Positions 10,929-20,509 of a DNA stretch of 64,000 nt are shown here, in pieces. The position numbers and the translations under genes were made by a program. This stretch comes from an uncultured Gemmatimonadales bacterium. Its GTDB lineage: Bacteria > Gemmatimonadota > Gemmatimonadetes > Longimicrobiales > RSA9. Where the stretch lies: the NCBI GenBank assembly GCA_963798845.1, contig CAWCUS010000002.1, positions 768,001 to 832,000 on the forward strand, written 5' to 3'. Every line of letters starts with the position of its first letter. Positions within the stretch are counted from its first letter, which is position 1. The notes under the pieces are model-generated. The model saw nothing but the letters and a program-made list of their open reading frames with translations. It had not been told where the DNA came from and made no database searches.

Positions 10929-11001
10929 TTCGGTAGCCCGGCCGCCTCCGCATGGGAGACCCGTGGCTTTGCGGACCGGCCTCGCGACCGGGGTGCCCTT
11001 T
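10929..11001 (-). ncRNA. Cyclic di-GMP-I (GEMM) riboswitch
   Basis: Minus strand reads AAGGGCAC-CCCGGTC-GCGA-GGCCGG-TCCGCAAAGCC-ACGGGTCT...GGCCGGGCTACCGAA: GNRA-capped P2, CGCAAAGCC junction, P3 and the 3' TACCGA hallmark; ~50 nt upstream of the lipoprotein start. Confidence 0.85.
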
Positions 11002-11261
11002 TCGGAAGGGGCGGCGGCCATCATCGGCCGCCACGCGCGCCAGGTGGTGCGGGAAACGCGCCCGCGCGAGGGTGGCCTCGCCGTTACGCCTGAACACGCG
11101 GTCCCGCTTTCACTTGCGACGACGGCGTGGAACGGCCGGTGGCCCGGGCTGGCGCAATGTGTCTCATGTCGCGCCGTTCCCGTGTAGCGGAACGGCGCAG
11201 CGGCCGCCCGCGGGGAGCCGCCAGTGGCGACGGCGTGACGCGGCGCCGGGTACCGGCGGGT

Positions 11262-11290
11262 TTGAACGGCCGCGCCATTCCTGCTACCTT
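11262..11290 (+). promoter_or_regulatory. Putative sigma70 promoter of the wzi-polysaccharide operon
   Basis: TTGAAC-N17-TACCTT with TG just upstream of the -10 (TGc TACCTT). Confidence 0.5.
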
Positions 11291-11478
11291 GCGCTCTTGT
11301 CGAAACGGGAGCCCGCCATCCCGCGCGGGATTCCCTCGAACCAGGCCAGCCGCGAGGCGAGCGCCTGGGAGAGTCCCGGGCTGCATCGGAAGCGCCCTGT
11401 GACCGAGAGGCCGGAGGCGCGTCCGGGGTGCGAGGGCGCTGTTCCCCGGCCCGACGCCATTCGGGAGAGCGAGCGGAG

Positions 11479-13011
11479 ATGCAGCTTCCTATCTCAGCAT
11501 TCGTCGCCCTGGCGCTCGTTCTCGCCGGGTCCGTTCCTGCGCCCGCCGGGGCCCAGGTCCGGGACGATGCCGGGCGCTTCGCGTCTCCGTTTCTTCCCGT
11601 CCACCACTGGGCCTTGGACGCGCTGCGCCGCCTGGACGCGATGGGGGCCGCACCGCCGGGATACGACCCGGCAACCGGCGCGCTGACGAGAGGGGAGGCG
11701 GCCCTGGCGCTCGAATTCGCGGCCGAAGCCGGCCACGGGGCTGTTGCGGCCATCGCCGGACAGTACCTCGCCCGCTTCGCCGAAGAGTTCCCGGTCACGG
11801 TGAGTGCGCTGGAGCAGCAGCGGGCCGAAGGCGCGGCCCTCCTCGGGGGCAGCATGGCGGGAGGGGCGGGCTTGAGGGAGGGCGTGGTGTCCACGGGGAA
11901 GAACACCGCCAACGGCTGGTCGGGGGCCGCGCCGGTTCCGGACCGGGCGGACGGCCTAATGGACGTCGAGCTGGCGGCCGCGGTGTTCCCGCACATGTCC
12001 GTCTCACTGTCGCCGCGGTGGGCCGCCGGGTCGGCCGGGGTGGAGAGCGGCGATGTGCAGGCGAGGGTGGCGACGGTCGGGCTATGGGCGGGGCGGCGGG
12101 CGCCTGCGTACCGGGCCGGTCGTGGTGGGGGAATCGTGCTCTCCGGGGCGGCCGCATTCGACGGTGGCGGCATGTTCCTCGCGGAGCCGCTCCGTCTGCC
12201 ATGGGTGTTCGGCGCGCTGGGACCGGTCGGGTTCGAGACGACGCTCGCCCGCGCCGCTCGCAACGGCGACGTGGCACACCCGTGGTTCTGGACCGCCAGG
12301 GGCACGGTCCACCCGCATCCGCGGCTTTCCATCGGCGTCACCCGGGCGGCGCTGATGGGTGGAGAAGGGAACCCCCCGCTCACGCTGCGGGCGCTGGCGT
12401 ACATGCTGGTCGGGAAGCACGACGGCGTGGACAGCCGGGTCGAGGACCAGGTGGTCTCGGTGGATCTGCGCTACCGTCCTCCACTTCCGATCCCGCTCTC
12501 GGTCTATTTCGAGTGGGGAGCGGAGGACAGCGCCGGGGCATGGTGGCAGGTGCCCGGACGGGTGGTGGGCATGCTGCTCCCCGCCTGGCCGGGCGCAACC
12601 TGGCTGTCGGCGGGGATGGAGCGCGCGGCATTCGCGGGCCACTGCTGCAGCAACCCGCCGTGGTACCGACACGGCTCGTTCCCGGCCGGGTGGTCCGCAG
12701 GAGGTGCGCCTCTCGGGCATCCACTCGGCGGCGAAGGAACGGAGTGGCGAGCGTATGGGGACGCGGATCTCCTCGGCGCCCGGGTGCGCCTGTCGGGCGA
12801 CGCGTTCGTCCGACACCGGGGTCCGGAGAACCTGTACGCACCCGAGCGGGAAGGGGCGAGCCGGGGTGTCCGTGTCGACGTCGCCTGGCGGCCGTGGGGC
12901 GGCCTGGAGCTGAACGCCAACGCCGAAGGCGAGAAGGCCGACGATTGGTCTCGCGCCACCGCGGCGATCACCGCCCGCCTGTTCTTCCCGCGCGTCTCGT
13001 TCGAGCCGTAG
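11479..13011 (+). CDS. wzi: Capsule assembly Wzi family outer-membrane protein
   Basis: Signal peptide; FLPVHHWALDALRRL N-terminus, VYFEWGAEDSAG, WYRHGSFPAGW, PLGHPLGG; aromatic C-terminal strand. Confidence 0.72.
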   Translation: MQLPISAFVALALVLAGSVPAPAGAQVRDDAGRFASPFLPVHHWALDALRRLDAMGAAPPGYDPATGALTRGEAALALEFAAEAGHGAVAAIAGQYLARFAEEFPVTVSALEQQRAEGAALLGGSMAGGAGLREGVVSTGKNTANGWSGAAPVPDRADGLMDVELAAAVFPHMSVSLSPRWAAGSAGVESGDVQARVATVGLWAGRRAPAYRAGRGGGIVLSGAAAFDGGGMFLAEPLRLPWVFGALGPVGFETTLARAARNGDVAHPWFWTARGTVHPHPRLSIGVTRAALMGGEGNPPLTLRALAYMLVGKHDGVDSRVEDQVVSVDLRYRPPLPIPLSVYFEWGAEDSAGAWWQVPGRVVGMLLPAWPGATWLSAGMERAAFAGHCCSNPPWYRHGSFPAGWSAGGAPLGHPLGGEGTEWRAYGDADLLGARVRLSGDAFVRHRGPENLYAPEREGASRGVRVDVAWRPWGGLELNANAEGEKADDWSRATAAITARLFFPRVSFEP

Positions 13012-13042
13012 CGCCGGGTCCCGCAATCGATCGCGCACGCAC

Positions 13043-14509
13043 ATGAACACAGTACTGCGAATCAGGGAGACGGAGCGGCCTGGGCCGACAACGCCCCGGC
13101 TCGGCCGCGAGTTGCGGCGTCACCGGGACCTGCTGGGCCGGCGGCTCGGCAGCGATGTCCGGAGGCGAGCCGCCCGCGCCGGTCTGCTCCTTGGCGCGGA
13201 TGCCCTCGCGACCGCGCTCGGTGCGGCGCTCGTCGCCCGGGCCCTCGCGCCACCTTCCGGCACGGCGCTCGCCCCGCTCCCGTTGCTCGTCGCTCTCGTG
13301 CTGACCGGCCAGATCGCAGCGCGGACGTACGGTCCCATCCGTCGGGCGTGGAACCCCGAACGCGTGTGCGCGGGGCTCCTGCTCTCGTTCGCCATCCTCG
13401 TCGTGACCGGGTACGCCGAGCCCGACCTGCGACCCGCATGGACGCCCGCCCTGTTCCTCGGCGGCTTCCTCGCTGCCAGCCTGATCGCGGTCCGCTGGTC
13501 GCTCTCGCGCTTCGTGCGCGCGCTCTACCGCCGGGGGATCGGCGTGAAGAACGCGCTCGTCGTGGGTGCGCGCGAGGACGCCCGCGAGCTGGTGGAGCGC
13601 TTCCGCGCCGGGCGCACCGACGATGTCCGGGTGATCGGTCACCTGTCCGTCGACTCCGTGGCCGACCCGACCGCGATCGGCACCCTCTCGGAGCTGCGCG
13701 CGCTGATGGAGGCGCACGACGTGCGCAGCGTCATCGTGTCATCCCGGCTCCGGCCGGCGACGTTCCAGCAGCTCGTGGCCGAGTCCTTCGCCCACGGCGC
13801 CGCGGTCAGCATGGTCCCCTCCACCGTGACGGCGCTCCCGGCCCGGTTCGGGAGCCGGACCCTCTTCGGTTGGCCGGTGCTGGAGCTGCGTGTCCCCAGG
13901 CTCCACCTGGTCCAGCTGCTGTCGAAGCGGGTGCTCGACCTCGCCGGGTCGTTCGCCGCCCTCCTCCTCCTCGCCCCGTTCTGGATGGCGACGGCCCTGG
14001 CCGTCCGCCTCGAGGGTCGTCCCGTCCTGTTCCGGCAGACGCGCCTCGGCGTGGGGGGCCGGCCGTTCACGATCTACAAGTTCCGGAGCATGCGTCCGGA
14101 CGCGGAAGCGCTGCTCCGGGACGACGAGGTGCTGCACCGGAAGTACCTGGACAACGACTACAAGCTGCCCGCGGCGGAGGACCCGCGCATCTCGCGGCTC
14201 GGCCGCGTCATCCGGCGCACCAGCCTGGACGAGCTGCCTCAGCTCTTCAACGTCCTCAAGGGGGACATGTCGCTGGTCGGGCCCCGCCCCATCGTGCCGG
14301 ACGAGATCCGGGAATACGGCGAGGAGGCGCACACGTTCCTGGCGGTGAGGCCCGGGATCACCGGGTGGTGGCAGGTCAACGGTCGGAGCGAGGTCTGCTA
14401 CCCGGAGCGCGCCGAGCTGGACATGGCGTACGTGGACGGGTGGTCGGTCCTCCTGGACCTCAAGATCCTGGCGATGACGCTTCCGCGAATCCTGCGCGGC
14501 GCGCATTGA
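13043..14509 (+). CDS. Priming polyprenyl-phosphate glycosylphosphotransferase (WcaJ/WbaP-like)
   Basis: N-terminal TM helices, KRVLDL, FTIYKFRSM, RRTSLDELPQLFNVLKGDMSLVGPRP, RPGITGWWQV. Confidence 0.93.
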   Translation: MNTVLRIRETERPGPTTPRLGRELRRHRDLLGRRLGSDVRRRAARAGLLLGADALATALGAALVARALAPPSGTALAPLPLLVALVLTGQIAARTYGPIRRAWNPERVCAGLLLSFAILVVTGYAEPDLRPAWTPALFLGGFLAASLIAVRWSLSRFVRALYRRGIGVKNALVVGAREDARELVERFRAGRTDDVRVIGHLSVDSVADPTAIGTLSELRALMEAHDVRSVIVSSRLRPATFQQLVAESFAHGAAVSMVPSTVTALPARFGSRTLFGWPVLELRVPRLHLVQLLSKRVLDLAGSFAALLLLAPFWMATALAVRLEGRPVLFRQTRLGVGGRPFTIYKFRSMRPDAEALLRDDEVLHRKYLDNDYKLPAAEDPRISRLGRVIRRTSLDELPQLFNVLKGDMSLVGPRPIVPDEIREYGEEAHTFLAVRPGITGWWQVNGRSEVCYPERAELDMAYVDGWSVLLDLKILAMTLPRILRGAH

Positions 14510-14534
14510 GCGGGCCGGCAAGCACGCCAGGACG

Positions 14535-15539
14535 ATGACGGGAGACCCCTCGATGAGCGGAAGAAGGACCGCGCTGGTCTGTGGCGCCGGCGGCTTCGTA
14601 GGCGGCCACATGGTCCGCCGCCTCGAGGCCGAGGGGTACCGGGTCGTGGGCGTGGACATCAAGCAGCACGAGTTCATGGACACGGGCGCCGACCGGTTCG
14701 TGGTGGGCGACCTCCGCGACCCGCACCTGTGCCGCGCCGTGATCGATCGCCCCTTCGACGAGGTGTACCAGTTCGCCGCCGACATGGGCGGCGCCGGCTT
14801 CGTCTTCTCGGGCGAGCACGACGCCGACATCATGCACAACTCCGCGCTCATCAACCTCAATGTGATCGAGGCCGCGCACGTGGCCGGCGTGCGCAAGGTG
14901 TTCTACTCCTCCTCCGCGTGCATGTACCCGGAGCACGCGCAGACCGACACCGCCAACCCAGGCCTGAGCGAGGACATGGCGTACCCCGCCTCGCCGGACA
15001 GCGACTACGGCTGGGAGAAGCTGTTCAGCGAGCGGCTCTACCTGGCGTTCGCCCGCAACTACGGCATGGACGTGAGGATCGCACGCTTCCACAACGTCTT
15101 CGGACCGTACGGCTCCTGGGGCGACGGGCGCGAGAAGGCCCCCGCCGCCTTCTGCCGCAAGGTCGCCGAGACGCCCGACGGCGGCGAGATCGAGATGTGG
15201 GGTGACGGCGAGCAGACCCGCAGCTTCCTCTACATCGACGACTGCCTCGAAGGCGTCCGCCGCCTCGTCGCCTCCGACTTCGCCGCCCCCGTCAACATCG
15301 GCTCGGAAGAGATGGTCTCCATCAACCAGCTCGCCCGAATGGTCATGGAGATCGCCGGCAAGGAGCAGACGATCCGGCACGTCCCCGGCCCGCTCGGCGT
15401 CCGCGGCCGAAAATCAAACAACGACCTCGCGCGCGAGAAGCTGGGGTGGGAGCCGCGAGTCCGTCTCCGGGAAGGGCTGGAGCGGACGTACGCCTGGGTG
15501 GCGGCGCAGGTCACGGACACCCTCGTCGAGGCGGGCTGA
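14535..15539 (+). CDS. GDP-mannose 3,5-epimerase-like NAD-dependent epimerase
   Basis: GAGGFVG, FAADMGGAGF, YSSSACMYPE, YGWEK, GREKAPAAFCRK, WGDGEQTRSF, GPLGVRGR match the GME family. Confidence 0.85.
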   Translation: MTGDPSMSGRRTALVCGAGGFVGGHMVRRLEAEGYRVVGVDIKQHEFMDTGADRFVVGDLRDPHLCRAVIDRPFDEVYQFAADMGGAGFVFSGEHDADIMHNSALINLNVIEAAHVAGVRKVFYSSSACMYPEHAQTDTANPGLSEDMAYPASPDSDYGWEKLFSERLYLAFARNYGMDVRIARFHNVFGPYGSWGDGREKAPAAFCRKVAETPDGGEIEMWGDGEQTRSFLYIDDCLEGVRRLVASDFAAPVNIGSEEMVSINQLARMVMEIAGKEQTIRHVPGPLGVRGRKSNNDLAREKLGWEPRVRLREGLERTYAWVAAQVTDTLVEAG

Positions 15540-15543
15540 GCCC

Positions 15544-16779
15544 TTGAGGATCGTCGTCCACGACTACGCGGGGCACCCGTTCCAGGTCCAGCTCAGCCGC
15601 GAGCTGGCGGGACGCGGCCACCACGTGCTGCACCTGTACTCCGGCTCCACGCATACGCCCCGGGGACCGGTGGAGCCGCGCGACAGTGACCCGGCAGCGT
15701 TCTCCGTCGATGCGGTCACCCTGCCGGAGCAGGTGGCCAAGTACTCCTTCGTCCGGCGACGGCGCCAGGAGGTCGAGTACGGGAAACGCCTGGTGGCGCG
15801 CGTCCGCCGGTTCGAGCCGGACGTCGTGCTGTCCGCGAACACCCCCCTCGACGCGCAGGCGAGGCTCCAGCGCTTCTGCGCGGGGGAGGGGGTCCGCTTC
15901 GTCTTCTGGATGCAGGACGCGTTCGGGGAAGGCGTGACCAGGGTCCTCCGCCGCAGGCTGCCGGTCCTCGGCGAGCCCGTGGCGTGGCACTACAGGCGCC
16001 TGGAGCGACGGATCCTCTCGGCCAGCGACGCCATCGTCCTCATCACCGACGAATTCCGCGCCGCGATCCCTCCACGCGCCCGCACCGTCGCCACCGTGAT
16101 CCCGAACTGGGCGCCCCTCGACGACTTCCCCGTGCTCGGGAAGGACAACGACTGGGCCCGTGCCCACGGCCTCGACCGCACCACCAACCTCCTGTACGCG
16201 GGCACCCTCGGCCTGAAGCACAATCCGGAGATGCTGCTGCACTTGGCGCTGGCGGTGCGGGACGATCCGGACGTGCGCGTCGTCGTCGTGTCCGAAGGTC
16301 CGGCCGTGGACCAGCTCCGGCGGCGGGCGCGCGCCCACGGCCTCGACGGGATGCTGTTCCACGACTTCCAGCCGTTCGACCTCCTCCCCCAGGTTCTGGC
16401 CACGGGCGACGTCCTCCTCGCCCTGCTCGAGGCCGACGCGGGCGCCTACGCTGTGCCGTCGAAGGTGCTGACGTACCTGTGCGCGGGAAGGGCGGTGGTG
16501 GCGGCCCTTCCACCGGGGAACCAGGCATCCCGCACCGTCCGCGAGGCCGGAGCCGGCGTGGTCGTGGCCCCCGATGATGCGGAGGCGTTCGTGCGGGCGG
16601 CCGCGGCGCTGGCGGCCGACCCGGTGCGGCGGCGGGAAGCCGGCCTCAACGCTCGAGCGTTCGCCGAGCGACAGTTCGACATCGACCGGATCTGCAGCCG
16701 CTTCGAAGACCTCCTCTTACCCGCCATGGGGCCGGGGCGACGCGGGCTCGCCCGCCCGCGGATGCCGATCAGCGCATGA
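15544..16779 (+). CDS. Glycosyltransferase family 4 (WcaI/WbuB-like)
   Basis: VIPNWA, LYAGTLGLKHNP, VPSKVLTYLCAGRAVV; TTG start inferred. Confidence 0.85.
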   Translation: MRIVVHDYAGHPFQVQLSRELAGRGHHVLHLYSGSTHTPRGPVEPRDSDPAAFSVDAVTLPEQVAKYSFVRRRRQEVEYGKRLVARVRRFEPDVVLSANTPLDAQARLQRFCAGEGVRFVFWMQDAFGEGVTRVLRRRLPVLGEPVAWHYRRLERRILSASDAIVLITDEFRAAIPPRARTVATVIPNWAPLDDFPVLGKDNDWARAHGLDRTTNLLYAGTLGLKHNPEMLLHLALAVRDDPDVRVVVVSEGPAVDQLRRRARAHGLDGMLFHDFQPFDLLPQVLATGDVLLALLEADAGAYAVPSKVLTYLCAGRAVVAALPPGNQASRTVREAGAGVVVAPDDAEAFVRAAAALAADPVRRREAGLNARAFAERQFDIDRICSRFEDLLLPAMGPGRRGLARPRMPISA

Positions 16780-18158
16780 CGTTCGAGCGGGCGCGGCTCC
16801 GGATGAGGCTGGCCCAGAACCTGGGCGCCAACGTCTCCAACCAGATGGTCACGGTGGTGATCCAGCTCGTGGGAGTGCCCGTTCTCCTGAAGGCCTGGGG
16901 GGCCCAGCTCTACGGCGAGTGGCTCGTGCTGTTCGCGATCCCGGCCTACCTGTCCATGACGGACCTGGGCTTCTCCCAGTCCGCGGGCAACGATATGACG
17001 GCGCTCGCCGCGCGGCAGGAGCGGGACCGGGCGCTGGTGGTGTTCCAGAGCCTGTCGGCTCTGGTTTACGCCATTGCCACGGCCGGTCTGTGCTTCAGCG
17101 GTCTCCTGCTGATGCGCGTCCCCGTGGGGCGCTGGTTCGGCTTCGACCAGCTCGACGGGCGCTCTGCCAGCCTCGTGCTCTTCTTCCTGGCGGCGGAAGT
17201 CTTCGCGCGACTGCCCAACGGTGTCACCCACGCCGGATTCCGCGCGAGCGGAGAGAACGCCCTGCACGTCGCCCTCAGCAGCGGGGTAAGGCTGATGCAG
17301 TACCTGGCGATCTGGGTGGTCGCCCTCGGCGGGGGAGGCCCGGTCACAGCCGCTGCGGCCTTCCTGGGCGTTCGGCTCGCCGGAACGCCCGCCGCAGCGG
17401 TGGTCATGTTCCGGCGGCACCGCTGGCTCCGCTTCGGATTCGCGAAAGCCACGGGGGCGGAGCTGCGCCGGCTGTTCCGTCCGGCGCTGGCCAATGTGGC
17501 GATCCCGTTCGCACAGGCGTTGAACATCCAGGGAATGGTGGTGGTGATCGGCGCGATCCTGGGACCGATCGCGGTGGTCGTGTTCTCCACCCTCCGGACG
17601 CTCACCCGGGTCGTGTTCCAGCTGGTCCTGTCCATCTCCCAGGCGGCGGAGCCCGAGCTCGCCGCCGCGTGGGGCGAGCACGATCGGAAGCTGATGGGCC
17701 GGCTGTTCGTGCACGTGCTCCGGGCCGGCCTGTGGCTCGCCACGGCTTCCGCCGCCTTCCTGGCGCTGTTCGGGCCGGCGCTGCTGGCCATGTGGACGGA
17801 CCACCGCGTTGCCATGGACGGACGGCTCTTCGCGTGGCTCCTCCTGTCCGCTTCGGCCGGCGTCCTCTGGTACGCCGGGCTGACGGTGTTGAAGGCTGCC
17901 AACCACCACGTCCGCATGGCGTCGTTCTACGTTCTCGCATCGCTGGCGGGGCTCGGGCTCGCGGTCGCGTTCCTGGAGCTCGACGGCGCACTGGCCGACG
18001 CGGGGCTCGCGATGTTCGTCGCCGACGCCGCACTCGGGGTCTACGGCCTGTTCGCCGCGTCCCGCTTCCTCGAGCTCTCGGCCGGGGAGGCCATCCTGCG
18101 CTCACTGAACCCTCAGCCGCTCCTGCATGCGACGCGTCCACGATTCCGAAGGACCTGA
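16776..18158 (+). CDS. wzx: Wzx-like polysaccharide flippase
   Basis: Many hydrophobic TM segments; WGAQLYGEWLVL..IPAYLSMTDLGF; locus context. Confidence 0.75.
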   Translation: MTFERARLRMRLAQNLGANVSNQMVTVVIQLVGVPVLLKAWGAQLYGEWLVLFAIPAYLSMTDLGFSQSAGNDMTALAARQERDRALVVFQSLSALVYAIATAGLCFSGLLLMRVPVGRWFGFDQLDGRSASLVLFFLAAEVFARLPNGVTHAGFRASGENALHVALSSGVRLMQYLAIWVVALGGGGPVTAAAAFLGVRLAGTPAAAVVMFRRHRWLRFGFAKATGAELRRLFRPALANVAIPFAQALNIQGMVVVIGAILGPIAVVVFSTLRTLTRVVFQLVLSISQAAEPELAAAWGEHDRKLMGRLFVHVLRAGLWLATASAAFLALFGPALLAMWTDHRVAMDGRLFAWLLLSASAGVLWYAGLTVLKAANHHVRMASFYVLASLAGLGLAVAFLELDGALADAGLAMFVADAALGVYGLFAASRFLELSAGEAILRSLNPQPLLHATRPRFRRT

Positions 18159-18194
18159 TCGCTGCACCGCAGCGTGCAGCCTGGCCGGGTGGCC

Positions 18195-18989
18195 ATGGCG
18201 CTGGTAGACCACGTCTCCCGGCTCACCCGGCCGGTACGCGCGCGCGTGGCACTGCCGGTCGCCCATGCGCTACTGCGAACGCGCGCCTCGGATCGCTTCC
18301 TGGTGTCGTACCCGCGCTCCGGCAGCACGTGGGTACGGGCCATCCTCGCCGCGATCATCGATCCGGCGGCGGGGTTCGAGTTCGATGTCTTCAATCGCAT
18401 GATCCCAGGGGTGAGCGGACGGAGGCTGCCGCACATCGCCCGAATGCGGGGGCCGCGGCTGGTCCACTCGCATTGCGGGTACCGCCGTGACCTGCGGCGT
18501 GTGGCTTACCTCGTCCGCGATGGGCGGGACGTCGTGGTCAGCTACTACCACTACACCACCGCCCGGGAAGGCATCGACATGCCCTTCGAGACGTGGCTCG
18601 AACTCTATCTCCGGCGTGGCTACGGCGCCCGCTGGCACGACCACGTCGAGGGGTGGCTCACGAAGGGGCGGGAGAAGCTCGGCGCCGACATGCTGGTGGT
18701 GCGGTTCGAGGACCTGAGGGCCGGCACCGAGCCGAAGGTCCGGGAGATCGCGCGGTTCCTCGGCGTGCCGGCCGAGCCCGATGCCATCGGTCATGCCGTG
18801 CGGATGGCGGGCCTGGAGAAAGCGCGTCAGCGAGAGGATGCCGAGTCCGGCGGGACGCGACGGCGGAACGCGCGCTTCTACCGGAGCGGGGCGGTAGGAC
18901 AGTGGGAGGCGTATCGAGGCGGCGCCGCGTGGCGGACGTTCATGGAGGTGTCGCGGCGCGCGCTGTCTCTGGCCGGGTACGAGGAATAG
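18195..18989 (+). CDS. PAPS-dependent sulfotransferase
   Basis: 5'-PSB motif SYPRSGSTW, 3'-PB motif YLVRDGRDVVVSYYH, VRFEDL, FYRSGAVGQW. Confidence 0.9.
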   Translation: MALVDHVSRLTRPVRARVALPVAHALLRTRASDRFLVSYPRSGSTWVRAILAAIIDPAAGFEFDVFNRMIPGVSGRRLPHIARMRGPRLVHSHCGYRRDLRRVAYLVRDGRDVVVSYYHYTTAREGIDMPFETWLELYLRRGYGARWHDHVEGWLTKGREKLGADMLVVRFEDLRAGTEPKVREIARFLGVPAEPDAIGHAVRMAGLEKARQREDAESGGTRRRNARFYRSGAVGQWEAYRGGAAWRTFMEVSRRALSLAGYEE

Positions 18990-19002
18990 GCGAGGCGGCG
19001 GG

Positions 19003-20505
19003 ATGCGAGACGTCGTGATCCGGGAACAGGGACGGCCGACGCTGCGCCTCAATGCGCGGCGCCTCGGCGCCGGGCTCGCCCTGCTCATGGCCGCGGCCGG
19101 TGCCGTCCAGCTGCTTCTCGGGAGCTCGCTCGCCGTGGTCCTCATGGCCGTGCTCACCGCGGTCGCCGGCCTGCTGGTGTTCGGGCTGATCGGCGCCGGG
19201 AACCTGGGCGCATGGGTGTCGCTGTTCTACGTGCTCGGCAACGTGGTCGTGGCCGTGGCGGCGAAGACGGCGCTCGGCCAGCCGCTCGAATCGTACCTCC
19301 ACGACCCTATCGGCTCGTTCGCCGCCGTCGCCGCTTCCACGCTGGGCCTGGTCGCGGCTCTCCTGCTGGTGAAGAAGGTCCACCTCGGACGGCCGATCTT
19401 CGAGCCGACCTCCGACGTCCGTTTCCTCTTCTTCCTGTCCTGGATCTCGCTCGCGCTCGGCGCGGCGTCGTGGCTCGCGAACCGACACCTCCAGGATCCC
19501 TCGGGCAGCGGCTTCGGCGGCCTGGCCCTGTTCCGCAACCTCATGCTGATGGCCGTGGTCGCCCGAACGGGCGCCCTGCTTGAACGGAGCGGGCGGCGTA
19601 CCAGCTTCGACATCCGACTGGGCCTGATCCTGGCCGTGACGACGCTGGCAGGCCTGCTCGACAACAGCAAGGCGGCGGCCGCGCTGCCGGTCATCAGCTA
19701 CTTCGCTACGCTCCTGTTCTATCGCCGCGGCCTCACGCTGCGATCGGCGATCGCACTCTCCGGTGGGACCGCGGCGTTCGTCGTCGTCGTGGCGCCCGCA
19801 ATCCACGCCCTTCGGGCGCTGGGCCAGCACGAGGTCGACCTCGAGCGGCGCATCCAGCTCGTCGCCACAAGCGGGAGCGACCTGCTGAAGGGCACCTCGG
19901 AGCTGGACCGCTTCGAGCAGCTCGCCGCGGGGCAGTTCCAGCACGGGTACTACGACTACTTCGGGGGCGGAGGGACCGGTCAGATGATCGTCGGCCGGTA
20001 CGCATCCGTGCAGCAGATCGACCCCGTGGTGGCCGAGGTGAGGCGACAGGGTGTCCGCGGCGGCGCGGCGATCTGGCCGGCGATCGCTCGCCTGGTGCCG
20101 AGCTCGTTGTACCCGCAGAAGCCACGCTACAACGAGGCCTTCAATACCCTCGTCGGCTACGGCCTGATCGACGCGGAAGGGGGGAAGTTCCCGACGCTCC
20201 CCCTCGCCGGCCAGGCCTACGCCGCCTACGGGATCCCCGGCGTGCTCGTGATCCCGTTCCTCACCTTCCTCCTGTTCTTCCTCGTCGTGAAGAAGCTCGG
20301 GTGGCAGCTGTACGGCAACGTCTACGGCATCTTCTTCTTCTCCGCGTTCGTGGTCGTCTACGCCGCGCAGGGGGACTTCGGCCAGTACTTCGGTGCCGCG
20401 CTCCGGAGTTTCCCCCTCTACGGAATCGTGTTCTGGCTCATCGCCCAGGCGTTCCGGGTACGGGTGCGGGGAGCCAGGCCGGTGCGGTCCGGCGGGTGGT
20501 CGTAG
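19003..20505 (+). CDS. Polytopic membrane protein, probable Wzy polymerase
   Basis: ~10 TM segments, a large periplasmic loop and LVPSSLYPQKP before the final TMs; position in the Wzx locus. Confidence 0.6.
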   Translation: MRDVVIREQGRPTLRLNARRLGAGLALLMAAAGAVQLLLGSSLAVVLMAVLTAVAGLLVFGLIGAGNLGAWVSLFYVLGNVVVAVAAKTALGQPLESYLHDPIGSFAAVAASTLGLVAALLLVKKVHLGRPIFEPTSDVRFLFFLSWISLALGAASWLANRHLQDPSGSGFGGLALFRNLMLMAVVARTGALLERSGRRTSFDIRLGLILAVTTLAGLLDNSKAAAALPVISYFATLLFYRRGLTLRSAIALSGGTAAFVVVVAPAIHALRALGQHEVDLERRIQLVATSGSDLLKGTSELDRFEQLAAGQFQHGYYDYFGGGGTGQMIVGRYASVQQIDPVVAEVRRQGVRGGAAIWPAIARLVPSSLYPQKPRYNEAFNTLVGYGLIDAEGGKFPTLPLAGQAYAAYGIPGVLVIPFLTFLLFFLVVKKLGWQLYGNVYGIFFFSAFVVVYAAQGDFGQYFGAALRSFPLYGIVFWLIAQAFRVRVRGARPVRSGGWS

Positions 20506-20509
20506 GCGC

